A stretch of 39,807 nt of DNA from Polyangiales bacterium (GTDB taxonomy: Bacteria; Myxococcota_A; Polyangia; Polyangiales; Ga0077539): the NCBI GenBank assembly GCA_044229975.1, contig JBGARZ010000032.1:1-39807 (forward strand), read 5' to 3'. Shown here piece by piece: positions 1-9,503 of the stretch (position 1 is its first letter; each line of letters opens with the position of its first letter). Position numbers and translations under genes: made by a program. The notes below the pieces were generated by a model. The model saw only the letters and a list, made by a program, of their open reading frames with translations. It was not told the DNA's origin and did not search any database.

Positions 1-311
1 TCGGCACGTCGGTGGCGGCGTCGCTCATAGGCTGCGACTACAGAATCCCGGAGCTCCCGTCCAGAGGGGCGACGGCACGCTGGCGGTTGATACGCTGCGG
101 GCGAAGCGGCGCTCAGCTCAGCCACTCAACCCTGCTTAGGCGGACGATTCTCATCGCCGCCGGTGTCCACGGCCCTTGGGGAACACCGTAGTGCAGGAGT
201 CGACGAACACCCCTTCCTCGACCCTCCGGGACGGTGACGCCTCGCGTCTCGCTGGTGCCGCAGACGGTACGCCTTGTCAGGCCAGGAAGAAGACGATAGC
301 AATGCGCCAGC

Positions 312-3300
312 GTGGACGATCTGCACGACGGGGAGGAGCCTGCATCGACCGTGTTCGAAGCGTGGCGCTACGCGTTGCCTCATGCGCTCAGCGCCCACCA
401 CAAGCGACGGTTCGAACAGCACGACGACAACCGCCGACTCCAGTGCGCCATCGGCCAGTTCGAAGCGACCATGGAGTTCATCGCGGCGGTCGCGCTCGCC
501 GACCTGATGTCGACCCTCGCGGCCGAAAGGCTTTCGGAATGCAGCGCGATCGCGTGGACCTTCAACGCCGCCGGTCCGGGCAAACTCATGTCGCTCGTCG
601 ACACCATCGCCCAGCAGATGGCCCGCGACGGACGCCGACCCTTCGTCGCGGGGCTGACGAACCTCGCCGATCGCCGATCGCCGGCTCGCGTCTCGGTCGA
701 CGCGCTCATCGAGGTTCGCAACAGGGTCACTCACGACCTCCGCCTGCCCACGCCGGCGCAAGCCGCCCAGAGCTGGCGCGGCATCGAGGAGACCTTCGCC
801 GTCTTCGAAAGCGCCATCGGCCACGCCTTCTCCGAACACCTGCTCGGCTGGGCCGACTCCCCTCGTCGACTGGGCGACGGCTACCAGTACGCTTTCTATC
901 CTATGCGGGGGGCGTATCGGGTCAACGACCTCGTATGGCTCCGCGGGGCGACTTCCTTGCCCGATCGGGTGCCGCTGTTGTTGTCCGTCGATCGCAGCGA
1001 GGCACTGACGCTTGATCCGCTCCTGCAGTGGGTCGAGCCCCGGTCAGTCGCTTACGCGGACGCCGGGGAGCATCGCTGCGTGGTCCTTAGCTCGATCGAC
1101 GGTAGCAAGGAGGCGCCGACGTTTCGCTTTCGTGACCCCGTCGATCATTGCACTGTCCAGTACAACGCCGAAGCACTGCGCCACGCACTCAAGGCGAGGA
1201 CTGCGGACGCCGCGCTGCAGCGTCCCCGACGCCACGCGACCGGATTCGACCCGGATTCGGTCGCGAAGACCCGCCCTCCGATGATGGGACCGACGCTGTT
1301 GAGGGAGACGTACCGCTTTCACGGCATGATCGGGCGCGGCGCTTCGGGCACCGTCTGGGCGGCATCGGATCGACGAAACAGGCCGTGCGCCATCAAGATC
1401 CTCGACCAACGACTCGTGAACGACCCCAACGCGCGTCGCCGCTTCGATCGGGAGTATTCGATCCTTACGACGATTCACCACGAGGGCATCGTGAGGTGTC
1501 GGCGCTTGGACCACGACGCGCAGGGTGCCCCGTACCTCGAGATGGAACTCGTCGAGGGGCAGAGCCTTGATCGCTACATGGAGGCTTCGGGCCCGGTGGC
1601 TCCGCCCGACGCCGTCGCCTTCGTGCTGGATCTCCTCGACGCCGTGGAGGTCGCCCACAACAACGGCGTCTACCATCGCGACATCGGTCCCCGGAACGTC
1701 CTCCGACGGCCCTCGGGACGGCCCTGCCTCATCGACTTCGGCGTTGCGAGCGTGGTCGACGGCACCCGCCTCACGCGGCACGGCATCGGCACCGACCGTT
1801 TTTCGGCGCCCGAACAACTCGCCGGCAGTCAGGCCACGCCAGCAGCCGACGTCTACTCGGTCGGAAGGCTGCTTCAGGCCCTCCTCCACGGCGGAGACCC
1901 CGACCAGCCATCCATGCCTGTTTCCATTCCTCCAGACTTGGCCGGCGTGATTCGCCGGGCCACCGAGGCCCACCCGACGAAGCGCTACCCGACCGCGGTG
2001 CAGATGCGCGAGGCGCTGCTGTCCGCCATGCGTGATCCGCCTCAGCCGCCCGAGCCTCCCACCCCACCCCCAGGAACGACCATGACGCCGACCGCCGATT
2101 CCGTCCGCGCTTCGTCTCGCAGGCTCCGCCTCTGGTTCGACGGCTCCTTTCAGCCCTTCCTGCAACGCTGGGACAGCGTCGAGCGTGCGGCCAGCCTCTC
2201 CCAGCGCCTGCAACGGGTGGACGAGCTCGTCGAGCGTTGCGGCGAAGAGCAGGCCTTCTGCTTCCTGGGCGCCTCCGGCGTCGGCAAGAGCACCCTCATC
2301 AACGCGCTGGCGGCGCGCAACCACACGGTGCTTCCCCACGGCGGCGTCGGGCCCCTGACAGCCCAGGCGACCGTCGTGCGCACGTCCGCGACGCGGACGA
2401 TCAAGGTGCGATACGCCGAGCCGCAGAAGCTCGATCAGGTGCGGTTCGCCCTGGAGAGCCAGATCGAGCGCTCGATCGGCGCGTCGGCGGTGCCCGCGCC
2501 CCAGGCGGCTGAGAGCGCTGCCGATGAGCTGGGAGAGAGTCGCATCGAGCTGCTCCGTCGGCAGGCGATGCTGCTCGTGACGGGGGAGCAGTTCCTGTCC
2601 GATCGCCCCGAACCCTCGCTTCGCTATCTGGCCCAGGCCCTGCGCCGCGCGCTCGGCAGCGAACCCCGCTGGGACGAGGACCTCTCGCCGGAAGACCTCA
2701 AGCGGGTCGAGCGCGTGCGGGAGGCGTTGGGCTACGCCCGTCGCGGCGAGGACTACGAGCCGGACTTTTCGAACGACCCCGTCGCGTTCCGGCGGGAGGT
2801 GTCGCTGCACGCCAAGGGGCACCTCGCTCCGCTGATTCTCCAGCTCGAGGTCGGCTGGCCCTCCGAAGACGTCGAGACGGGGATGGCGCTCGTGGACCTC
2901 CCCGGTCTCGGCGTAGCCGGCGACAGCTACCGCTCGGTCGCGGACGAGTGGGTCCGGGTCCACGCGCGCGCGGTGGTGCTGGTGGTCGACCGGGCCGGCG
3001 TGACCGAGGCGGTGGCGCGGCTGCTGCGCACGAGCGGCTTCTGGGGGCGACTGCACCACTTCGCCGGTGACCTCTCGGAGGTGCCGTCGTTATTGATCAC
3101 GATGGTCAAGGCCGACGAGGTCGCGACCGCCAATCGGCGGCAGGAGCAGGAGACCCTCGGCAAGGGGGCGGCTCGCTCCTGGGTGCAACACCTGGAGGCC
3201 GTACGCCAGGAGGCCGAAGGCGTCATCCGCGACCAGATCAGGAACCAGCTCCGGGCGCTCGTCACCGAGGAGGACCAGGGGGAGATGAGCGGGGAGCGCC

Positions 3301-4481
3301 TCCAGATCGTGGACGCGTTACTCCAGCGGGTGCAGGTCCACACCGTCGTCGCGACCGAGTACCAGGCCCTCTTCGACGACGACGAGGAGACCCGACCGAA
3401 GATCCGCGACGCCGAGGAGAGCGGCATCCCCGGACTCAACCGCAGCCTGGCGCTGATCGCCGCCGGGCGGCGCGGCTCACTCGTCGAGCGCGCTGAACAA
3501 GAGGTGCGGGAATTCGAGTCCAGCGCGCGCGCGGAGATCTCGGTGATCCGGTCCCGTTGGGAGGAAGACGTCCGCGCGAGCGAGGAGGTGGAAAAGCTCA
3601 GCGTCGCGCTGGGGGACTTTCTCGCCCCCCTCCGATCGCAGCTCGACGTCCGTCGAGGGGCGTTTCGAAACTACCTGAGGGAGACGGTGCCGGCGCAGGT
3701 GGAGCTGCGGTCGAGGGAGGCGGCGCACGAAGCGGAGAAGCAGATCCGTTCGTACCTCCGTAAGCTCGGAGTCGGCGACTGGAGCTACCGCACCCTACAG
3801 GCCGCGGTACGGCGCGGCGGGACCTTCCACGGCTCGAAGAGGGTCGACTTCCCCGAGGACTTCTCGGAGCGGCTGGAGGAGCAGATCGCCGTGGTGTGGT
3901 CGAAGCAGCTCCTGACCCCGATGCGGAGCGAGACCCGGAACCTCGGCAAGGCCTATGAGCAGACCGTCGCGGTCATCGCCGATTGGGCGAAGCAGCAGGG
4001 CGCCCGGGCCAGACCGCAGGCCGTGGAGCGACTGAGCGAACAGCTCTCGTCCGAGGCGCGCAACCTGGCCGCGGTCGGGGGCGACGCGGTGGAGGACATC
4101 CGCAACGCGGTGACGCGGGAGCTGCACGAGGTCGTCCGCGACGCGGTCAACAGTCGTTGCGAGTCCTTCGTCGCCAAGGGCAAGGACGTCGGCGCGGGTG
4201 TGAAGGTGCGGATCATCGATCTGCTGTTCGAAGACCTCGTGCCGACCGCCGTCGAGGCCGCACGGCTGAGCGCAACCGAGCTCCTGCGGCGTCAGTCGGG
4301 GCGGGTCTCGAACGCGGTGGAGGAGGCGCTCAAGAGCCTGCCCGACCCCGTCGAGGGGGCGCGTGAACTCGTGCTGGCGCAGGCCGAACGCAAAGCCGCT
4401 CGCGAGCAGGCCAAGGCGCGCGACGGCGTGCTCTCGGCGCTGACCGACCTTCGCGAGACGCTGTCCTCGGCGCCCGCGTAG
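312..4481 (+). CDS. Fusion: HEPN-like N-terminal domain + Hanks Ser/Thr kinase + dynamin-like GTPase with helical stalk
   Basis: RNRVTH (Rx4H) at 717-734. Kinase motifs GRGASGTV, AIKIL, HRDIGPRN, DFG, APE. Pro-rich linker. GTPase G1 GASGVGKST, G3 DLPG, G4-like VKAD. An in-frame TAG at 297-299 limits the start. Confidence 0.85.
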   Translation: MDDLHDGEEPASTVFEAWRYALPHALSAHHKRRFEQHDDNRRLQCAIGQFEATMEFIAAVALADLMSTLAAERLSECSAIAWTFNAAGPGKLMSLVDTIAQQMARDGRRPFVAGLTNLADRRSPARVSVDALIEVRNRVTHDLRLPTPAQAAQSWRGIEETFAVFESAIGHAFSEHLLGWADSPRRLGDGYQYAFYPMRGAYRVNDLVWLRGATSLPDRVPLLLSVDRSEALTLDPLLQWVEPRSVAYADAGEHRCVVLSSIDGSKEAPTFRFRDPVDHCTVQYNAEALRHALKARTADAALQRPRRHATGFDPDSVAKTRPPMMGPTLLRETYRFHGMIGRGASGTVWAASDRRNRPCAIKILDQRLVNDPNARRRFDREYSILTTIHHEGIVRCRRLDHDAQGAPYLEMELVEGQSLDRYMEASGPVAPPDAVAFVLDLLDAVEVAHNNGVYHRDIGPRNVLRRPSGRPCLIDFGVASVVDGTRLTRHGIGTDRFSAPEQLAGSQATPAADVYSVGRLLQALLHGGDPDQPSMPVSIPPDLAGVIRRATEAHPTKRYPTAVQMREALLSAMRDPPQPPEPPTPPPGTTMTPTADSVRASSRRLRLWFDGSFQPFLQRWDSVERAASLSQRLQRVDELVERCGEEQAFCFLGASGVGKSTLINALAARNHTVLPHGGVGPLTAQATVVRTSATRTIKVRYAEPQKLDQVRFALESQIERSIGASAVPAPQAAESAADELGESRIELLRRQAMLLVTGEQFLSDRPEPSLRYLAQALRRALGSEPRWDEDLSPEDLKRVERVREALGYARRGEDYEPDFSNDPVAFRREVSLHAKGHLAPLILQLEVGWPSEDVETGMALVDLPGLGVAGDSYRSVADEWVRVHARAVVLVVDRAGVTEAVARLLRTSGFWGRLHHFAGDLSEVPSLLITMVKADEVATANRRQEQETLGKGAARSWVQHLEAVRQEAEGVIRDQIRNQLRALVTEEDQGEMSGERLQIVDALLQRVQVHTVVATEYQALFDDDEETRPKIRDAEESGIPGLNRSLALIAAGRRGSLVERAEQEVREFESSARAEISVIRSRWEEDVRASEEVEKLSVALGDFLAPLRSQLDVRRGAFRNYLRETVPAQVELRSREAAHEAEKQIRSYLRKLGVGDWSYRTLQAAVRRGGTFHGSKRVDFPEDFSERLEEQIAVVWSKQLLTPMRSETRNLGKAYEQTVAVIADWAKQQGARARPQAVERLSEQLSSEARNLAAVGGDAVEDIRNAVTRELHEVVRDAVNSRCESFVAKGKDVGAGVKVRIIDLLFEDLVPTAVEAARLSATELLRRQSGRVSNAVEEALKSLPDPVEGARELVLAQAERKAAREQAKARDGVLSALTDLRETLSSAPA

Positions 4482-4548
4482 ACGTCGCGCGACAACGACC
4501 CTTCAAACTCTATTCACTCCCATTCCGTCTTCATCCGCGAGGCTGCGC

Positions 4549-7299
4549 ATGGCGTCCACTCTCGTCTTCAAGGTGCCGAACCAGGAGGGGCCGTACGCGC
4601 TCCTCAACGAGCGCGACAGCTTCGGCATCCCGGAGGTCGACCTCGCCTCCGCGCCGGAGCGCTTCTGGTCGGGCGTCCCGGCCCCCGCGCCCGTCGAGTG
4701 GCAACTCGATCGCCTGCGCGTCGATGCGATCCCGACGCCGTGCGAGGCGCTGTCCCGCCCGCTCGACGCGGGGGCGATGGCGATGAGCCGTCAGTCCCTC
4801 GCGAGGGCGTGGGCGTGGCTGCTGGTGTGCGGCGACCCGCAGCGCCGCCTCGAGGCGACTGCCGTGCAGCCCCTCTCGCATCAGGCTTCGCTCGTGGCTC
4901 ACGTGCTCGAACGGCCCGAGCTCTCGCGCGTTCTCATCGCCGATGAGGTCGGGCTCGGCAAGACCATCGAGGCCGCGCTCATCGTCCGGCAACTGCTGGA
5001 GCGGGCGGGCGGGCTGCGGGTGCTGTACCTCGCGCCGGCGCGGCTGGTGCACAACGTCCAGCGGGAGTTCACCCGACTCGGGCTGCGGTTCCGGCGCTGG
5101 TCCGCCGGGCTTCAGGGGGACGCGCGCATCGAGGAGGACGACCGGGTCATCGCGAGCATCCACCGCGCGTCGCACGGCGACAACCTCGAGCGCGTCCTGG
5201 GGGCGCGGCCGTGGGACGTCATCGTCGTCGACGAGTGCCACCACATCACCGACTGGGCCGAGGGCGGCGGCAAGCCTGTGCGCAAGTACACGCTGGTGGC
5301 GCGTCTCATCGAGAACCAGGGCCCCGACGGGCGGGTCATCCTGCTGAGCGGCACGCCCCACCAGGGGCACCGGTCGCGCTTCGAGAACCTGCTGCGCCTC
5401 CTACGCCGGCCGCACGAACCGGAGGCCCTCACGCGGGGAAGGGTGATCTACCGGACCAAGGAAGACGTGCGCGACTGGGAGGGCCGACCGCTCTTCCCCG
5501 GGCGGCAGGTGCGCGAGCCGATCGTCGTCGACCTCGGGGCCGAGCACCGGGCGTGGCTCGAACACATCCACGACCTCTACGTGCCGCCGACCGACGTGAA
5601 GCAGGCGCGTCGTCGCGCGTCGGGGTGGCGCTGCGCCCAGGCCCTGCAATGGGCGACGTCGAGCGTGGAGGCGGGCCTCGGGTACCTCGTGCGGCAGGCC
5701 ATTCGCGTCGGATGGACGCCAACACGCGGCGCCCTGCGCGACGCCCTCGCCGCCCTGCGCCCGTACCGACAGGGGCCTGCCGACGAGGCGATCCCGCAGC
5801 TCTTCGGGCGCATCCAGGCCGAGGTCGCCCGCCAGCAGGCCGCGAACGACGACGACGACCTTGAGGAGGTCGAGGAGGAGGAGCCCAGCTGGCGACCCGA
5901 CGCGGGGAGGCTCGAAGCCCTGCTGCGCGAAGGGGTCACGCTCCTACACTCGGTAGGCGACACGAAATGGAGGGTGATCGACGAGAGGATCCTCCGGGCG
6001 TCGGAGGGCGAGCCGGTGGTGCTCTTCGCGCAGCCCATCGAGACGGTCACCGCCCTCGCGCGGTACCTCGAACGCGCCTACAACGAACGGCCGGCGCTCA
6101 TCATGGGCGGGCAGAGCGACGAGGAGCGCGAGGCCGAGGTCGGCCGCTTCACCGCGCGTGGCGGCCCGCGCTTTCTCGTGTCGTCGCGCGCAGGCGGCGA
6201 GGGCATCAACCTCCAGGTGGCGCGGCGGCTGGTGCACGTCGACGTCCCTTGGAACCCCATGGAGATGGAGCAGCGCATCGGGCGCGTGCACCGCTTCGGG
6301 TCGCGCCGGACGATCCTCGTGGACACGCTCGTGGTGCGCGACAGCCGCGAGGTCGACGCCCTGCGCGTCGCGCGACAGAAGCTCTACGAGATCGCGCACT
6401 CGCTCGTGCCAGAGGACCGCTTCGAGGCGCTGTTCGGACGGGTGATGTCGCTGATCCCGCCGCAGGAGTTACAGGAGGTACTGACCCTCCGAGCGCTCGC
6501 CCCGCTCGACGAAGCCGCCCGGCGCAGGCTCTCGGAGTTGGTCACCGAGGGCTTCAACCAGTGGCACCGCTTCCACGAACTGTACGGCGTCGAGCAAAGG
6601 CGAATCGCCGCGCTCAACCCAGGGGACGCGACCTGGGAGGACCTCCAGGCCTTCATCACCGACCACCTGTCCGGCGCCCCCGCCGCGGGGTTCCGCAGCC
6701 TGCGGTTCACGGTGAAGGACGATCAGGTCGTTGAACGACCGGTCGACGCGCGCGTGATGACCGTGCGCGCGAAGGACGGGTCGGAGCGCCGACTCCTCGT
6801 CGAAGACCACGGCGGGATGCCCGTGACAGATGACGCTGGCAACACCGCGTCGCCGGCCGGGACCAACTCGGAAGAGATCGCCGTTGCCTTGCGACGCCTG
6901 GGGCTGGGCGAGGGGATCACGGGGGCGGCCTGGTTGCGAGGGTCGCCGGAAGTGGCATGGCCCGCGGGATGCCCCGCTCTGCCCTTCATCGCCCTGTTGG
7001 CGGGTCGGGTCACGCTGCGGTTCGCGGGAGCGGCGCCCGTGCACGAGGGGGCCACCTTGCGGGCCGTGGTCGTCGACCGTGAAGGGCGGGGCCACGAGGT
7101 CAACGCTGGTGGGCTACTGCGCGCCCTGCGTGCGTGTGGCGTGAGGTCGAGGGGGGAGGTCGACGGCGAGCTGCTACGGGCCGCTCGGGGGGTCGAGGAA
7201 ACCATGAGCGGAGAGTGGCGTCGGCCGACTGTCGACGAACGGAGCGCACGACGCGGACACGGGGTGTTCCCGCTCTTGGCGGCCGTAGTGACGCCGTAG
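4549..7299 (+). CDS. SNF2/RapA-like superfamily 2 helicase
   Basis: ADEVGLGKT, DECHH, LSGTPHQG, GGEGINLQ, PWNPMEMEQRIGRVHR; GAGG before the ATG. Confidence 0.9.
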   Translation: MASTLVFKVPNQEGPYALLNERDSFGIPEVDLASAPERFWSGVPAPAPVEWQLDRLRVDAIPTPCEALSRPLDAGAMAMSRQSLARAWAWLLVCGDPQRRLEATAVQPLSHQASLVAHVLERPELSRVLIADEVGLGKTIEAALIVRQLLERAGGLRVLYLAPARLVHNVQREFTRLGLRFRRWSAGLQGDARIEEDDRVIASIHRASHGDNLERVLGARPWDVIVVDECHHITDWAEGGGKPVRKYTLVARLIENQGPDGRVILLSGTPHQGHRSRFENLLRLLRRPHEPEALTRGRVIYRTKEDVRDWEGRPLFPGRQVREPIVVDLGAEHRAWLEHIHDLYVPPTDVKQARRRASGWRCAQALQWATSSVEAGLGYLVRQAIRVGWTPTRGALRDALAALRPYRQGPADEAIPQLFGRIQAEVARQQAANDDDDLEEVEEEEPSWRPDAGRLEALLREGVTLLHSVGDTKWRVIDERILRASEGEPVVLFAQPIETVTALARYLERAYNERPALIMGGQSDEEREAEVGRFTARGGPRFLVSSRAGGEGINLQVARRLVHVDVPWNPMEMEQRIGRVHRFGSRRTILVDTLVVRDSREVDALRVARQKLYEIAHSLVPEDRFEALFGRVMSLIPPQELQEVLTLRALAPLDEAARRRLSELVTEGFNQWHRFHELYGVEQRRIAALNPGDATWEDLQAFITDHLSGAPAAGFRSLRFTVKDDQVVERPVDARVMTVRAKDGSERRLLVEDHGGMPVTDDAGNTASPAGTNSEEIAVALRRLGLGEGITGAAWLRGSPEVAWPAGCPALPFIALLAGRVTLRFAGAAPVHEGATLRAVVVDREGRGHEVNAGGLLRALRACGVRSRGEVDGELLRAARGVEETMSGEWRRPTVDERSARRGHGVFPLLAAVVTP

Positions 7300-7312
7300 G
7301 GGGATTGCCCCC
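7299..7312. terminator. Small hairpin between convergent genes (possible terminator)
   Basis: GGGGG-ATTG-CCCCC right at the helicase stop; no U-tract. Confidence 0.25.
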
Positions 7313-7367
7313 AGCGACAACACCGAGCCCCGCGAGGCGTGTGCGCCACCGGGCGTAGGGTGGACCT

Positions 7368-7991
7368 TCAGGGGACGACGATCCCCTGTGCAAAGGGCAC
7401 TTTCGCACGGCGGACGGCCTCGCCCGTCGCGTCGAGCACCGCCCGCGCGACCTCGGCAGGCGGCCGCTCGTCGGTCGCGAGGGGCGGCAGCACCGTCAGT
7501 CCCCAATCCCGCGCGAGTGCCTCCGCGGCCTCGCCCACCCCGCGAAAGAACGTCACCAACGCGTCGGCGTCCGGCCCCGGTTCGGTGAGGCGGGCGCGTG
7601 CGGTGTGAGGTCCGATGCGCAGCGGTTGCACCAGCACGATTGAGCCGGCGACCGACGCCGCCGCGCGCATCACTGCGAGGTGTCGCGCGACCACCTCCGG
7701 CGAGCGCGCCAGGGCATACGCCGCGTTGCCTGGGTGCCACGTCTCCACCACGCGCCACGCGACGCCCGTGCGCTCCTGGTCGCGGGCGAACTCCCGCCGG
7801 AAGACCTCCTCGTCGAAGCCCCCCTGGCTCAGCATCGCGTGACGGCCCGGGTCTCGCGCCAGGGCCTCGCGACGGAGCCGCGCGCCGATCTCCTCCTCGA
7901 AGGGGCAGCCCACCCGCTCCGCGACGAGGCGCCCGACGGTGGTCTTCCCCGCGCCGTGCGGTCCCACGAACACCAGCGTCACGCCGCCCAT
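7368..7991 (-). CDS. P-loop nucleoside/nucleotide kinase-like protein (207 aa)
   Basis: C-terminal part of track ORF 7368..8681. ATG at 7991 overlaps the radical SAM stop (TGATG). N-terminal Walker A LVFVGPHGAGKTT; lid-like ARARL. Confidence 0.75.
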   Translation of the reverse strand: MGGVTLVFVGPHGAGKTTVGRLVAERVGCPFEEEIGARLRREALARDPGRHAMLSQGGFDEEVFRREFARDQERTGVAWRVVETWHPGNAAYALARSPEVVARHLAVMRAAASVAGSIVLVQPLRIGPHTARARLTEPGPDADALVTFFRGVGEAAEALARDWGLTVLPPLATDERPPAEVARAVLDATGEAVRRAKVPFAQGIVVP

Positions 7992-8890
7992 CACACCGCC
8001 TCCATCCAGGCCCGCAACATCATGGCCGCGGGCAGATCGCCGCCGCCGATCACCGGCGCGAGGTCGAGCGCGAGGTCGCTGCGATCCATGCACGGTCGGA
8101 AGAGGCCCGTGTGGGTCAGGCGCAGCGCCACGATGCCCTCCTTGCACCGCTCCCGGACCGGACACGCCGCGCACGCTTCGTGGGGCGCCACCTCGCCGAG
8201 CCGCTGGTGCTTCAACTCGACCTGCAACCCGTCGTTCCAGGTCAGCAGGCGCGTGGCGAGGCTGTGGACGTCGGGCGCTGTCTCGACCCGCGCAGGCGCA
8301 CCTCGCAATGTGACCAACACGCCCATGAGGTCGCCCCACGAGAGGGCGCCGCCCAGGTCGTCGAGCAGGCCGACCACCACGGCCCGCCCCGCCGCCCACG
8401 ACAGGAGCGCCGCGAGGTCGTCGCGCTGCGCGGGCCCGCCGTAGACGTAGTTGATCTTCATCGGGACGCGCCGCGCGGCCGCCTCCGATTCGGCTGCCGC
8501 CACGAAGGCTTCGCGCTGCTCGAAGGCACCACGGGCGCGGTTGTTCTCCGCGAAGGCCGCGCGGCCGAAGCCGTGGAAGGAGACGTTCACGCGGTCGAGC
8601 CCCGCCGCGTAGGCGTCGTGCAGCCGTTCGACCGGCACCGCCCCGGCGGTGATGACCGAGAGGTCGGCTTCGGGACACCACCCGCGCACCGCACGAACGA
8701 TCTCCGGGAGGTCCCTGCGCAGGAAGGGCTCGCCGCCGAGGAACTTGATCTTGCGCGCTCCCGCCAGTGTCGCGCAGCGCAGGAGCGGGAGCAGTCGCTC
8801 CAGCGGCAGCTCCGGGGCGGCGCCCTGCGCGTGAGGGTCGCCCTCCATGTGGCAGAACCCGCAGCGGTAGTTGCAGCGCGTGGTCACCAC
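7991..8890 (-). CDS. MoaA-like radical SAM enzyme with C-terminal auxiliary Fe-S (Twitch/SPASM-like) cysteines
   Basis: CNYRCGFC, GGEPFLRRDL, RVNVSFH, KINYV, CAACPVRERC...LRLTHTGLFRPC. Lacks the C-terminal GG of bacterial MoaA. Start uncertain. Confidence 0.85.
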   Translation of the reverse strand: MVTTRCNYRCGFCHMEGDPHAQGAAPELPLERLLPLLRCATLAGARKIKFLGGEPFLRRDLPEIVRAVRGWCPEADLSVITAGAVPVERLHDAYAAGLDRVNVSFHGFGRAAFAENNRARGAFEQREAFVAAAESEAAARRVPMKINYVYGGPAQRDDLAALLSWAAGRAVVVGLLDDLGGALSWGDLMGVLVTLRGAPARVETAPDVHSLATRLLTWNDGLQVELKHQRLGEVAPHEACAACPVRERCKEGIVALRLTHTGLFRPCMDRSDLALDLAPVIGGGDLPAAMMLRAWMEAV

Positions 8891-8909
8891 GACGCGCAGT
8901 AGGTCGACC

Positions 8910-9503
8910 TCACGCCCACGCCGACGCTCCGTTGGCCGCCAGCGACTCGCGCACCTGCTGCACCGTCGCCTCCACGGTCCGCGCCGCGGTGTCGATGCGC
9001 AGCACGCGACCCGCGAAGGGCGTCGCGAGCAGCTCGTCGTAGCAGCGGGCGAGGGCCTCGCCGTTCAACAGGCTCCGCTCGTCGGCGTTGGTCGCGCCGC
9101 GCGCCCGGATCCGCTGCCGTCGCAGCGGCTCGGCCGCCGTGAGGAAGACGGTGAGGTCCGGTCGTAGGAGGCCGGGCTCGACCGCGGAGAGGTCGATGGA
9201 CCCCGCCGCCACCCGGGCGTAGGCGACGGTGGAGAACCAGTAGCGGTCGATCACCACCGAGCGTCCGGCGCCCAGCACGCGGCGCGCGCGGTCGGAGGCC
9301 TCGGCGACGGTGGCCGCGTAGAAGAGCTGCCGGGCGCCTGGGCTCGCGTCGAAGGCCGCATCGACGAGCGGCCGCACCGTCGCGAGAGCGGCCGGGGGCG
9401 TGCGCAGCAGCTCGGCGCCCAGGCGGCAGGCAAGCGCGGCGGCCACGGTGGACTTGCCGGTCCCGTCGAGTCCCTCCAGGGCGATGAAGGTCGCGGGGCT
9501 CAC
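8910..9503 (-). CDS. Thymidylate-kinase family NMP kinase, CMPK2-like
   Basis: FIALEGLDGTGKST, LLRTPP, RQLFY, VVIDRYWFSTVAY, PDLTVFL. The GTG start overlaps the upstream TGA (GTGA). Confidence 0.88.
   Translation of the reverse strand: MSPATFIALEGLDGTGKSTVAAALACRLGAELLRTPPAALATVRPLVDAAFDASPGARQLFYAATVAEASDRARRVLGAGRSVVIDRYWFSTVAYARVAAGSIDLSAVEPGLLRPDLTVFLTAAEPLRRQRIRARGATNADERSLLNGEALARCYDELLATPFAGRVLRIDTAARTVEATVQQVRESLAANGASAWA

Noticed and set aside
1..28. Possible minus-strand gene starting at ATG 28 and leaving the window
   Set aside because: Only nine codons are visible, too little to support a call.
274..303. TTGTCAGG upstream of the first gene as a sixth ECF promoter
   Set aside because: AGCA, not CGTC, sits at the required spacing. 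At best a weak sigma-70-like promoter.
4482..4548. Pyrimidine-rich, lower-GC intergenic tract
   Set aside because: No hairpin, repeat or promoter consensus that I can support.
7991..8890. Calling this gene moaA or a canonical viperin
   Set aside because: No C-terminal GG and no moa genes nearby. CHMEG and the auxiliary cysteines are MoaA-like and unlike viperin.
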